The translations under genes were made by a program, and so were the position numbers. From the NCBI GenBank assembly GCA_046881885.1, contig JBKSMP010000014.1, positions 1-22,445 of the forward strand: DNA of 22,445 nt, read 5' to 3'. This DNA comes from Opitutales bacterium. Its GTDB lineage: Bacteria > Verrucomicrobiota > Verrucomicrobiia > Opitutales > UBA9783. Positions 1-9,475 of the stretch are shown one piece after another. The notes under the pieces were generated by a model. That model saw only the letters and a program-made list of their open reading frames with translations, was not told where the DNA came from and did not search any database. Position 1 is the stretch's first letter; each line of letters starts with the position of its first letter.

Positions 1-1
1 A

Positions 2-1717
2 TACCATGCAAAAAAACTTGAGAAAAATTTTTCAAGTGTCGGTTGGGAAAGTCGGGAAAAAGTAGGACAAGCATTGTCTACTCTTAGTAATAACACAAGT
101 TTAAGCGCACGGCAAAAAACAGATATTTTAAAAACGCTTGACAAAAAATTTGCAAAAGAACTTCTTGCAAAATCAGACCAAAATACTAACGAAAAATTAG
201 AAACTATTGCTAATCGATTATCAAATGAAATAAAAATGCTAACTTTAGATCAGACTAGATTTAAAACAATTACCCCGCAAGATCAATCTATAGAAGAACT
301 CAACCCACAACAAGATGTACAGACTTCAATAGAAGATTCTTCTTCGGATAATATGCAAACACAACAAACGAACCAAAATCAGCCGCAAGTATCCAAACAA
401 AAGATTGAAACATCTAATCATGAATCTAACGAAATTCCTGAACAAATAACAACAAATTCCGCTGAAGATAAAACAAAAGGAATTGATAACCAAACCAAAG
501 AGAAGATTTTAGGAACAACAAATAAAGTTTTATATAAATTGGCTAATTCCAAAAACAAGCAAAAAATGATTTTGGACCAATTACCAGAATCGATGGATAA
601 TGCCACTTTAGATAGTATTTTAAATGACGAAAGATGTAGTCGTGGGGTAAAAACTGCTTTGTTACTATCACCTGATTTAACGTACGAACAAAAACTAAAG
701 GTAGTAAACAGCGATAAAAACAATGAAATTGTAGCCTATTGCCAAAAGCATAAGAATGTATTCCCACAAGTACGATCGGCATTAACACCCACATCCAAGG
801 TAAAACAAGGAAGTACGCAATTTATTAGTAAAAACAGCCCAACAAACCTCAAAAGCTTCGTAAATGCATTTTTTGACCAAAATGGACAATTTACAACCCC
901 TGATGATATAAAAGCTGCTAGAAATTTCTTCAATCCCACTACATTTACGACAGAAGAACGAACAACGATTGTGGAATTATTGAAAGAGAAGAAGAAGCAG
1001 ATTGGAAATGCATCAACTAGTCCTAAGACCATGGAGGAGCTAAATAATGTAAACCAGGAAAAACAAATCAATAGATTAAAAATCGACATGATGATCGCCC
1101 AGTTTACAGAGCCTTGGGATGAAGGACTTACTCAAAAATTTAAAATTTTTGATGGTTTAACTAAAGATGTCATTAATATATTAGAATCCAACATAGATGA
1201 AGCAATGAATATTGATGATTCCACAGGTACAATCACAATGCAAAATTTTCTAAAAAATCCAGAAGAAATAGCTCAAAAACTTAGCTATATTGAAGACACA
1301 ACTCTAGTGTTTAATCAATTTCAATCTCCTAAGGAATCTTTTCCAAATTCTGCTATCCTAAATTGTAATGTTATGATTGCACAACAGTATCCTAGGTTAG
1401 GGCTATTAATTAAAGATGCTTGCAAACCAAATAATTCCCTAGGTCACATAGATCGTGTTTTAAATGAAGCAAAAAGTGTTTTAATTGATTTTGAGCATGG
1501 ACAAAAAATAGTTTTTATAGCAAAGAAATGTTCGGAGTTTATAGAACAACACAAAAATGACAAAGAATATAAAGGAAAAACTTCAGATGCTATCGAAAAG
1601 AATTTTCTCTTAAAGAATGGCTTCTCTAATTCGACCGGAATAGGCGACTTAACTAAAACAAATGCCAAAGAAGTAACCCAACTAGCCCAAGCTTTAGGCT
1701 ATAAAGAAACCCAATAA
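2..1717 (+). CDS. Hypothetical Q/N/T/K-rich protein, 5'-truncated by the window edge; no recognisable domain
   Basis: The ORF track starts at a TTG (nt 74). The same frame is open with no stop back to nt 2 (YHAKKLEKNFSSVGWESREKVGQA...), so the true start probably lies upstream of the window. Long uninterrupted ORF ending in TAA at 1715-1717. The N-terminal half is low-complexity (QQTNQNQPQ, SSSDN) and there is no TM segment. Confidence 0.6.
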   Translation, partial: YHAKKLEKNFSSVGWESREKVGQALSTLSNNTSLSARQKTDILKTLDKKFAKELLAKSDQNTNEKLETIANRLSNEIKMLTLDQTRFKTITPQDQSIEELNPQQDVQTSIEDSSSDNMQTQQTNQNQPQVSKQKIETSNHESNEIPEQITTNSAEDKTKGIDNQTKEKILGTTNKVLYKLANSKNKQKMILDQLPESMDNATLDSILNDERCSRGVKTALLLSPDLTYEQKLKVVNSDKNNEIVAYCQKHKNVFPQVRSALTPTSKVKQGSTQFISKNSPTNLKSFVNAFFDQNGQFTTPDDIKAARNFFNPTTFTTEERTTIVELLKEKKKQIGNASTSPKTMEELNNVNQEKQINRLKIDMMIAQFTEPWDEGLTQKFKIFDGLTKDVINILESNIDEAMNIDDSTGTITMQNFLKNPEEIAQKLSYIEDTTLVFNQFQSPKESFPNSAILNCNVMIAQQYPRLGLLIKDACKPNNSLGHIDRVLNEAKSVLIDFEHGQKIVFIAKKCSEFIEQHKNDKEYKGKTSDAIEKNFLLKNGFSNSTGIGDLTKTNAKEVTQLAQALGYKETQ

Positions 1718-1736
1718 ATAAATCCTAAAAATCCGA

Positions 1737-1764
1737 TTGTAAAATTTTTCTAAAAGGGTATAAT
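1737..1764 (+). promoter_or_regulatory. Sigma-70-type promoter for the usp-eno-ftsZ-pilin run, at leaderless distance
   Basis: TTGTAA (1737-1742), 16 nt spacer, TATAAT (1759-1764), then exactly 7 nt to the ATG at 1772. No Shine-Dalgarno motif in between. Confidence 0.45.
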
Positions 1765-1771
1765 TAAAAGC

Positions 1772-3951
<2,180 letters not shown>

Positions 3952-3956
3952 AAACT

Positions 3957-5087
3957 ATGGATGAATTGGGGATGGAGCAAACAGCAAGTGTTGGCGCACG
4001 ACTGAAGTTCTTAGCGCTCGGTAGTGCTGCTTGCCGCGTCCTCAATCACTTTTTTACCACGCAAACCTATGTTGCCGATTTGTGCTTGGCCGTAGATACT
4101 GATTTGCGCTGCTTGGAACAACTCAATTCTACCCTTCCCAAGTACTGTTTCGCGAAAAAACATTTTCGTGGCTTAAGTTCAGGTGGAGATGAAACACTCG
4201 TAAAAGAGGTTTTAGGTAAAGAAGACGCTTGTATCCAAGCCTTTTGTCAAAAAACGGATGTACTGATTATTTTAGTCGGTTTAAGTGGCGGAACAGGTAG
4301 TGGCGCCTTATTGGCAACCATACAAATGGCTTTAAGAGCCGGTACCTTTGTCTTAATCATTCCTATACTTCCCTTCACCTTTGAGGGAAAAAACAAAAGC
4401 ATTCGTGCACGTAACCAAGTAAATGCTTTGCAATCATTCGCCGATTTGGTTGTCCCTTTCTATAATGATATCTTATTTCAAACCCTACCCGAATCAGCAA
4501 CCGTAAAAGAAGCTTTTCAAGAAGGCGACAAGCTAATTTCTCAAATTATGTGTGCATTTGCAAATAGCTTAAATCGAGTCGAATCGGGCGCTTTTGCAAC
4601 AAACTTAAATGAATTTTCACGGCATTTTTCTGAAAAGCCGGATATTGTCTTTTGGGGACTCGGTAAGGCAAGTGGAGAAAATGCTTTAAATCAAGCTCTG
4701 AAAAAAGTTTTTGAGTGTACTCCCTTAAAAACACAGGGTTCAGATGCACCTGCACAACGCGCTTTTGTTGCAGTACATTCCAGTAATGAAATCCCTTTGA
4801 GTGATCTAAAAAACTTAAATTACGAAATCCAAAGCTTTTTAGGAGTTCCCGAAATTCAATTTCTCAACAGCTGTAATACCTCTTTGAATGATTCGCAAGA
4901 GGTTGAGCTGTTTTTACTCGTCTCCTCAACGAAAAAGAACATCAAAACCGTTCGCTATCGTAAAGGGAAAAAACAAGCCGCTCCAGAAGCACATGTACAA
5001 ACCCAATTTGATTTTGAAGAACAAGCCAACGAATCGTATTGGGATACGCCCACCTATTTGCGTATGGGCCTTAAACTCGACGCATGA
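3957..5087 (+). CDS. ftsZ: Divergent FtsZ-family (tubulin/FtsZ GTPase fold) protein
   Basis: 376 aa, collinear with FtsZ. Matching blocks: LAVDTDLRCL (NTDAQAL), RGLSSGGDETLVKE (KGLGAGANPEVGR), VGLSGGTGSGALLATI (GMGGGTGTGAAP), PILPFTFEGKNK (TKPFxFEGxxR), and a C-terminal WDTPTYLRMG resembling the DIPAFLRKQ tail. The T1 loop is ALGSAACR instead of GVGGGGxN. The T7 loop is NLNEFSR instead of NVDFADV. Starts 5 nt after the eno stop. Confidence 0.8.
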   Translation: MDELGMEQTASVGARLKFLALGSAACRVLNHFFTTQTYVADLCLAVDTDLRCLEQLNSTLPKYCFAKKHFRGLSSGGDETLVKEVLGKEDACIQAFCQKTDVLIILVGLSGGTGSGALLATIQMALRAGTFVLIIPILPFTFEGKNKSIRARNQVNALQSFADLVVPFYNDILFQTLPESATVKEAFQEGDKLISQIMCAFANSLNRVESGAFATNLNEFSRHFSEKPDIVFWGLGKASGENALNQALKKVFECTPLKTQGSDAPAQRAFVAVHSSNEIPLSDLKNLNYEIQSFLGVPEIQFLNSCNTSLNDSQEVELFLLVSSTKKNIKTVRYRKGKKQAAPEAHVQTQFDFEEQANESYWDTPTYLRMGLKLDA

Positions 5088-5476
5088 AGGCAAAAGGCTT
5101 TACCTTATTAGAACTGCTATTAAGTCTTTCTATTCTTTCGATTGGTTTTTTAGCGTTTTCTTCCTGTATAGAATCCCAAAAACAACAAAAACGCAATTTG
5201 CAAGTCTACCAATCACTTTATCCTTTTATTGAAGCCTTTGAATGGTTTTTTCACACTTATGATGATCCTGACGAAACTATTGAAGGTACTTGGTTGGCAT
5301 ACCAAACGAAAAATGGTAAACGAAAATTTTTAAAGCAAACGCAAGCCAATCCCTTGCTTCCTAATTACTCCTTTAAAATAGAAGTGTCGGCTGAAAGTTC
5401 GTTTTACAAAATTAGTTTTTTCGATAAAACAACAAGAGCATTAGCCAGTTTTTATTGGGCAAATGAAGAACTTTAG
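5084..5476 (+). CDS. Prepilin-type N-terminal cleavage/methylation domain protein (pseudopilin/type IV pilin-like)
   Basis: N-terminus MKAKG|FTLLELLLSLSILSIGFLAF matches the class III signal (G|FTLxE followed by a hydrophobic helix). 130 aa. Its ATG overlaps the ftsZ stop (ATGA at 5084-5087). Confidence 0.75.
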   Translation: MKAKGFTLLELLLSLSILSIGFLAFSSCIESQKQQKRNLQVYQSLYPFIEAFEWFFHTYDDPDETIEGTWLAYQTKNGKRKFLKQTQANPLLPNYSFKIEVSAESSFYKISFFDKTTRALASFYWANEEL

Positions 5477-5477
5477 C

Positions 5478-6197
5478 TTATCTGTTTATTTCACCCAGAT
5501 CGAACAGGTCGAAATTAGGTTCGCAACTTGCTTCAAAAGATAAGTTTTTTAGCTCAAATTGTATTGTTTTAGCATGCAAATACAAACGATCTACCTTTAA
5601 CTGACGATTAAGATTAAAATCTCCATATGTTTTATCGCCCAGAATAGGAAAATGATGATAAGCACATTGAGTACGTAATTGGTGTGTTCGTCCCGTCAAC
5701 AGATACAATTCAAGTGCACTTAAGGCTCTCCCTTTTAGCGAAAAGGTATGTAAACAGTTTATCTTTGTTTGGGCCATAATGCCCCTATTTGAAGTATTGC
5801 ATTGCGTACGCAACTTTTGCTGCTCCTTACGGATCGATAAAAAATCCTTCCAAACGACTTTCTGGGTCGGAAATCGCCCTTTTACAAGCGCACAATACGT
5901 TTTCCTTACGGCATGGGATTTAAACAAAGTACGAACCTCCTGAGCAAGCGAAGGATCAGTTGCTAAAAGCAAAACACCAGAAGTAGGACTATCCAATCGA
6001 TTCAGCAAATATACCCATTCATTTCCTATTTTGTAAGCCTCTTTCTCAAAATCGTAAGGGGCTTGCACCACACTCTGCTTAAACTTATCTGAAGTATTAG
6101 GATGCGAAAGTAATCCGCAAGGCTTATCAATCGCCAGAATCCCCTTCGAAGCTTTTATAAGTTTTACAGAAGTATGCCATGGAATGTTTTCCTTCAT
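5478..6197 (-). CDS. RluA-family pseudouridine synthase (no S4 domain)
   Basis: 239 aa. Catalytic block LNRLDSPTSGVLLLA and GRTHQLRTQCAYHHFPILGDKTYG are typical of the RluA/RsuA superfamily. Confidence 0.85.
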   Translation of the reverse strand: MKENIPWHTSVKLIKASKGILAIDKPCGLLSHPNTSDKFKQSVVQAPYDFEKEAYKIGNEWVYLLNRLDSPTSGVLLLATDPSLAQEVRTLFKSHAVRKTYCALVKGRFPTQKVVWKDFLSIRKEQQKLRTQCNTSNRGIMAQTKINCLHTFSLKGRALSALELYLLTGRTHQLRTQCAYHHFPILGDKTYGDFNLNRQLKVDRLYLHAKTIQFELKNLSFEASCEPNFDLFDLGEINR

Positions 6198-6296
6198 AGA
6201 TGTTCTATTATCTCAAGATATCAGTCCGATTTTAGCAAGATCGTTTTATAACTTTAGAAAAATCCCAAATTTTATGCAAAATAAAACGGCAGAATA

Positions 6297-7110
6297 AAGT
6301 TTGAAGAGCAAGCTATTGAGTACAGAAAAGAAGGCCGATGCAGGAAATGTAAAGCGTAAGCATTTTCTAAAAAGATGAAGTTAATTTTTGGTGGCAATCG
6401 GTGAGATACGCTTGTGTATAATATGCTTTGTTTTTTTTAGGAAAATATTGCAAGGTACGGCCTTGAGGGAGTCAATGGCCGTTGGCCATTTGAAAGTTTT
6501 TTGGAACCAATTCCGCATTCCCAAGGGCAATGCGGATGGGCAAAATATATCATTGCATTCAAGGGACTTGCGATGGTTTTATGCTCGGGGAATTTGGTGC
6601 CATTGTTAAGTGTAACGGATTTTACGGCCTGAGGAAATGGTTCAAATGCCGAATTTGTTAGAAATAAGTTTTGTTGCTAAATAGAACTGAGATTCGGACG
6701 AGTTTGAATTGAGAGATTTTTGTAAAAAATCCGTCAAACTCCCTTAAAACATTTATTTATTTATTGGACAATACTATTGCGCAATAAATAAAAGTTTTTG
6801 AGAGGTTAAGGGAATACTCAAGCTCGAATTTCCGCATAAATCCTGCGATAAATGCTTTCATAACTGATGTTTACAACGCTCGCAATCTGTTCCGGACTAA
6901 AATTTTGAACAATCCGAATACTTTTCCACAGGTCTTTTTGCTGATTTTCGACATTTTTGACCCCTTCAGACGCTTGTTGGCTAGCTTCTGCGCTCGCTCA
7001 TACTCGTAACTTCGCTTCAATTCTCGTCTAATCGTACTTCGGCTTCGCCCGAGCTCCTCCGCGATCTTTCTACGTTCTTCTTTTGAGATGTGTTTGTATT
7101 GCATTTTCAT
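6297..7110 (-). pseudogene. Decayed IS30-family transposase (frameshifts, stops, internal deletion)
   Basis: My minus-strand translation gives IS30-type pieces in different frames: MKMQYKHISKEERRKI..LGRSRSTIRRELKRS (7110->6871); FSPEQIASVVNISYESIYRRIYAEIRA* (6901->6818); FEPFPQAVKSVTLNNGTKFPEHKTIASPLNAMIYFAHPHCPWE (6646->6518); GRTLQYFPKKNKAYYTQAYLTDCHQKLTSSF* (6462->6367); RKCLRFTFPASAFFSVL (6368->6297). The DNGxEF aspartate is replaced (LNNGTKF) and the first part of the DDE core is missing. Confidence 0.75.
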
Positions 7111-7194
7111 TTTTTACGTTATCACAAAATGCTAGATCCTCATCTCTTTCCGCTTTTCGCAATTTTTTACTTCCCGTGTTGCTCTTCAAACTTG

Positions 7195-7229
7195 AGCCTC
7201 CCAATACGGGAGGCTTCTTTATTATTTTC
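7195..7229. terminator. GC-rich hairpin downstream of ahpC, probably a bidirectional intrinsic terminator
   Basis: AGCCTCCC (7195-7202), loop AATAC, GGGAGGCT (7208-7215). Followed by TTCTTTATTATTTT on the plus strand and preceded by an A-rich run as read on the minus strand. The stem begins 36 nt after the ahpC stop. The T-tract is better on the plus strand, so orientation is ambiguous. Confidence 0.5.
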
Positions 7230-7250
7230 AGAACTTAGTTGATTCAGAAC

Positions 7251-7904
7251 TTATTTAAAAAACTGATGAAGACCGTCTTGGGTTGGCTGCATAGCTTTAT
7301 CGCCTTTGTGCCAATTGATGGGGCAAACTTCTCCAAATTGTTCGAAATGTTGCAGTGCGTCAACCATACGCAAAGTTTCTTCGACGGAACGACCTAGGGG
7401 CATATTATTGATGACCTGGTGTTGTACAATACCTTCTTTATCGATTAAGAACAAACCGCGATAAGCGACCAAAGTTCCTTTAGTTTGCAAACATCCGCAT
7501 TCATCGTAGTAATAATCGCCGGCCAAGACCCCGTAATTGGTTGCGATGGTTTTATTGGTATCTGCAACGATAGGGTAGGTAACACCTTGGATGCCACCCA
7601 ATTGTTTGGGTTGTTGCAACCAAGCGAAATGGCTATTTTCGGTATCGGTAGAACAGGCAACAACCTGCACAGAACGTTCTTCAAAAGCCTTTAAAGCTTC
7701 TTGGAAGGCATGCAATTCTGTTGGGCAAACAAAAGTAAAATCTTTCGGATAAAAGAATAAAACAACGTATTTTTTCCCTAAAAATTGCTCTAAGGAAAAG
7801 TTTTCCACAATTTCTGCGCCGTTAAGAACCGCTGGAGCTATAAATTGCGGTGCTTTTCGTCCAACGAGTGCAGCCGGTACTGAGTTACAATTACATTCAC
7901 ACAT
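7251..7904 (-). CDS. ahpC: Typical 2-Cys peroxiredoxin (AhpC/Tsa family) with a Cys-rich N-terminal extension and an internal insertion
   Basis: FFYPKDFTFVCPTEL (peroxidatic Cys), GEVCPINW (resolving Cys), and LFLIDKEGIVQHQVINNMPLGRSVEETLR. Extra features are MCECNCNS at the N-terminus and DYYYDECGCLQTKG inserted before the RGLFLID block. Confidence 0.93.
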   Translation of the reverse strand: MCECNCNSVPAALVGRKAPQFIAPAVLNGAEIVENFSLEQFLGKKYVVLFFYPKDFTFVCPTELHAFQEALKAFEERSVQVVACSTDTENSHFAWLQQPKQLGGIQGVTYPIVADTNKTIATNYGVLAGDYYYDECGCLQTKGTLVAYRGLFLIDKEGIVQHQVINNMPLGRSVEETLRMVDALQHFEQFGEVCPINWHKGDKAMQPTQDGLHQFFK

Positions 7905-7976
7905 GGCTTCAAAATAAGTCGCGAAAACTATTCCGTCAACTGTTTTGTTGATTAAAAATGAATGGGTGTTTTTGTG

Positions 7977-8813
7977 CTATTTTATGCCGTATTGTTGGCC
8001 ATTAATTGCGATAGGACGAGATAATGTACCCTTTTGACGCATAGAATTTAGAAGTACTTTGGAAGCTTCATCTAAAAAATCTTCTGAAATTTTTATGGAT
8101 TTTAAAAAAGGAAGTCGGCAATCAATATGATTGTGCGTTTTTACAAATAGGTCTTGTAGAGATTTTAATTGAGAACAATGCTCAACTTCAAGTACTTCGA
8201 GCGCGGTTAATTGTAATAGAGGCTTTAGATTTTGTAGGTAAGTACTATTGCAACGAAGTGTTTGTAGGCTTGGTAGGGATAAATTTTCTGGAAATTGTGA
8301 GATAGGATTAAACGATAGGTCGAGCTTGGTCAATAATTTACTCGATTCGGTCGTCATGAATTGTTGAATTTGGTTGTGCGAGAGATTTAAGTCCTTTAAT
8401 TGCTCAAAATTACATAAAAAGGAGGCTTGTAGTTTATTATGGGACAAATCTAAGACTTCGAGTTTGGGTAATTGGCTGAGAATGGAAACATCCGTAATGA
8501 GATTATTCGATAGGAATAAGGTTTTTAAGCGTTTTAATGTGTTTAGCGGTGCTAGAGCGTCAATGAGGTTGTTTTTTAGAGATAATAACTTTAGGTTAGG
8601 TAAACACTCAAACCCTCTTAAATTCGAAATTTGAGCGTTGTCCGCTTGAAAAGACGTAATAGCCTCGAATTTTAAATTTTTGTTATTTGTACAGATGTTT
8701 TTAACGATTTTACGCGCATGCTGGTCGGCAAAAAAATGCCACGGTTCTTTTTGTTTATCGGCATGCGCGGTAGCCGCTATCGTTAAAAGCAACAATATAT
8801 TTTTAATTTTCAT
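7977..8813 (-). CDS. Secreted leucine-rich repeat (LRR) protein
   Basis: Sec-type signal MKIKNILLLLTIAATAHA|DKQ. Followed by about eight 22-residue LxxLxLxxNxIxD/S repeats (LPNLKLLSLKNNLIDALAPLNT, LKRLKTLFLSNNLITDVSILSQ, LPKLEVLDLSHNKLQ...). The start overlaps the upstream gene's stop (ATGA at 8810-8813). Confidence 0.8.
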   Translation of the reverse strand: MKIKNILLLLTIAATAHADKQKEPWHFFADQHARKIVKNICTNNKNLKFEAITSFQADNAQISNLRGFECLPNLKLLSLKNNLIDALAPLNTLKRLKTLFLSNNLITDVSILSQLPKLEVLDLSHNKLQASFLCNFEQLKDLNLSHNQIQQFMTTESSKLLTKLDLSFNPISQFPENLSLPSLQTLRCNSTYLQNLKPLLQLTALEVLEVEHCSQLKSLQDLFVKTHNHIDCRLPFLKSIKISEDFLDEASKVLLNSMRQKGTLSRPIAINGQQYGIK

Positions 8814-9466
8814 ATATTTTGTTCCATAAGTTTCAAAATTTCATTTGTTTTTGAAAGCAATTCTTGATTTTCTTCGCTTAAACAAGCGGTGTTATCAAGA
8901 ACTTCTTTAATTTTAAGAAGATATTCTTTTGCTTTATCTTTGTTGTTGCGATTCATTTCACAATCTGCTGCAAAAAAGTAAAGGTCGGGATCCTGTAAAG
9001 CATTAACGGTATTAGCATAAAACTCTGAAGCTTGCTCAGGGCCTTTTACTTCTTCAGTCGCTTTGCCAAGATATAAGTAAGGTTTTGTGTAAGTTGGACA
9101 ATAAGAAACAATAAAATAAAACATTGCATAAGCATCATTCCAAGTTTCATTTTCAAAAGCTTCTAGAGCATATTGCATCATGATATTGTAACATGCTTTT
9201 TTGCTGTTTTGTCCTAAATTTTTTTTGGATTTTATTTTTTGAAAATATTTTGCTAATAATTTTTTGTGGTCATAATTTTCAAAAATATGCAAAGCTTCAA
9301 TTAGTTGTTTTTTTACATCTGATAAATAGCGTTCCCAGAGAGGCTTTTGTTGTAATACTTTTTGTTCAAATTTATCATCTAAAATAATATTATTTTCGTT
9401 TTGTTGGCAGAGTTGTAACGCTGCTAATAATGTTGCTAAATTTGATTGAAAATTTGTTGTGTTCAT
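8810..9466 (-). CDS. TPR-like protein resembling class II type III secretion chaperones (SycD/LcrH/CesD type); function tentative
   Basis: 218 aa, helical. My hand alignment with remembered SycD/LcrH needs a single 1-residue indel. WNDAYAMFYFIVSYCPTYTKPYLYLGKATEEVKGPEQASEFYANTVNALQDPDLYFFAADCEMNRNNKDKAKEYL aligns with YEDAHKVFQALCVLDHYDSRFFLGLGACRQAMGQYDLAIHSYSYGAIMDIKEPRFPFHAAECLLQKGELAEA. It is a CDS with high likelihood; the functional call is only moderate. Confidence 0.6.
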   Translation of the reverse strand: MNTTNFQSNLATLLAALQLCQQNENNIILDDKFEQKVLQQKPLWERYLSDVKKQLIEALHIFENYDHKKLLAKYFQKIKSKKNLGQNSKKACYNIMMQYALEAFENETWNDAYAMFYFIVSYCPTYTKPYLYLGKATEEVKGPEQASEFYANTVNALQDPDLYFFAADCEMNRNNKDKAKEYLLKIKEVLDNTACLSEENQELLSKTNEILKLMEQNI

Positions 9467-9475
9467 AAAATTGCT

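Noticed and set aside
418-1668. Several 74-117-aa minus-strand ORFs antisense to the first large ORF. Similar antisense or out-of-frame ORFs lie inside eno, ftsZ, ahpC, ftsI, murE and glgA (for example 2692-2940, 3412-3603, 4888-5232, 7445-7684, 15371-15583, 17185-17409 and 20071-20301).
   Set aside because: They are shadow ORFs embedded in strongly supported genes. They have no motifs, and their composition is typical of antisense translation of AT-rich coding DNA.
6388-6609. 73-aa plus-strand ORF in the ORF track.
   Set aside because: It lies antisense to clearly recognisable IS30 transposase fragments on the minus strand. It has no start context or recognisable features.
6756-6792. AT-rich inverted repeat TTTATTTATTG-N15-CAATAAATAAA inside the IS30 remnant.
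   Set aside because: The stem is pure A/T in AT-rich decayed DNA. It lies at the deletion scar between transposase fragments. I found no matching partner that would make it an IS terminal repeat.
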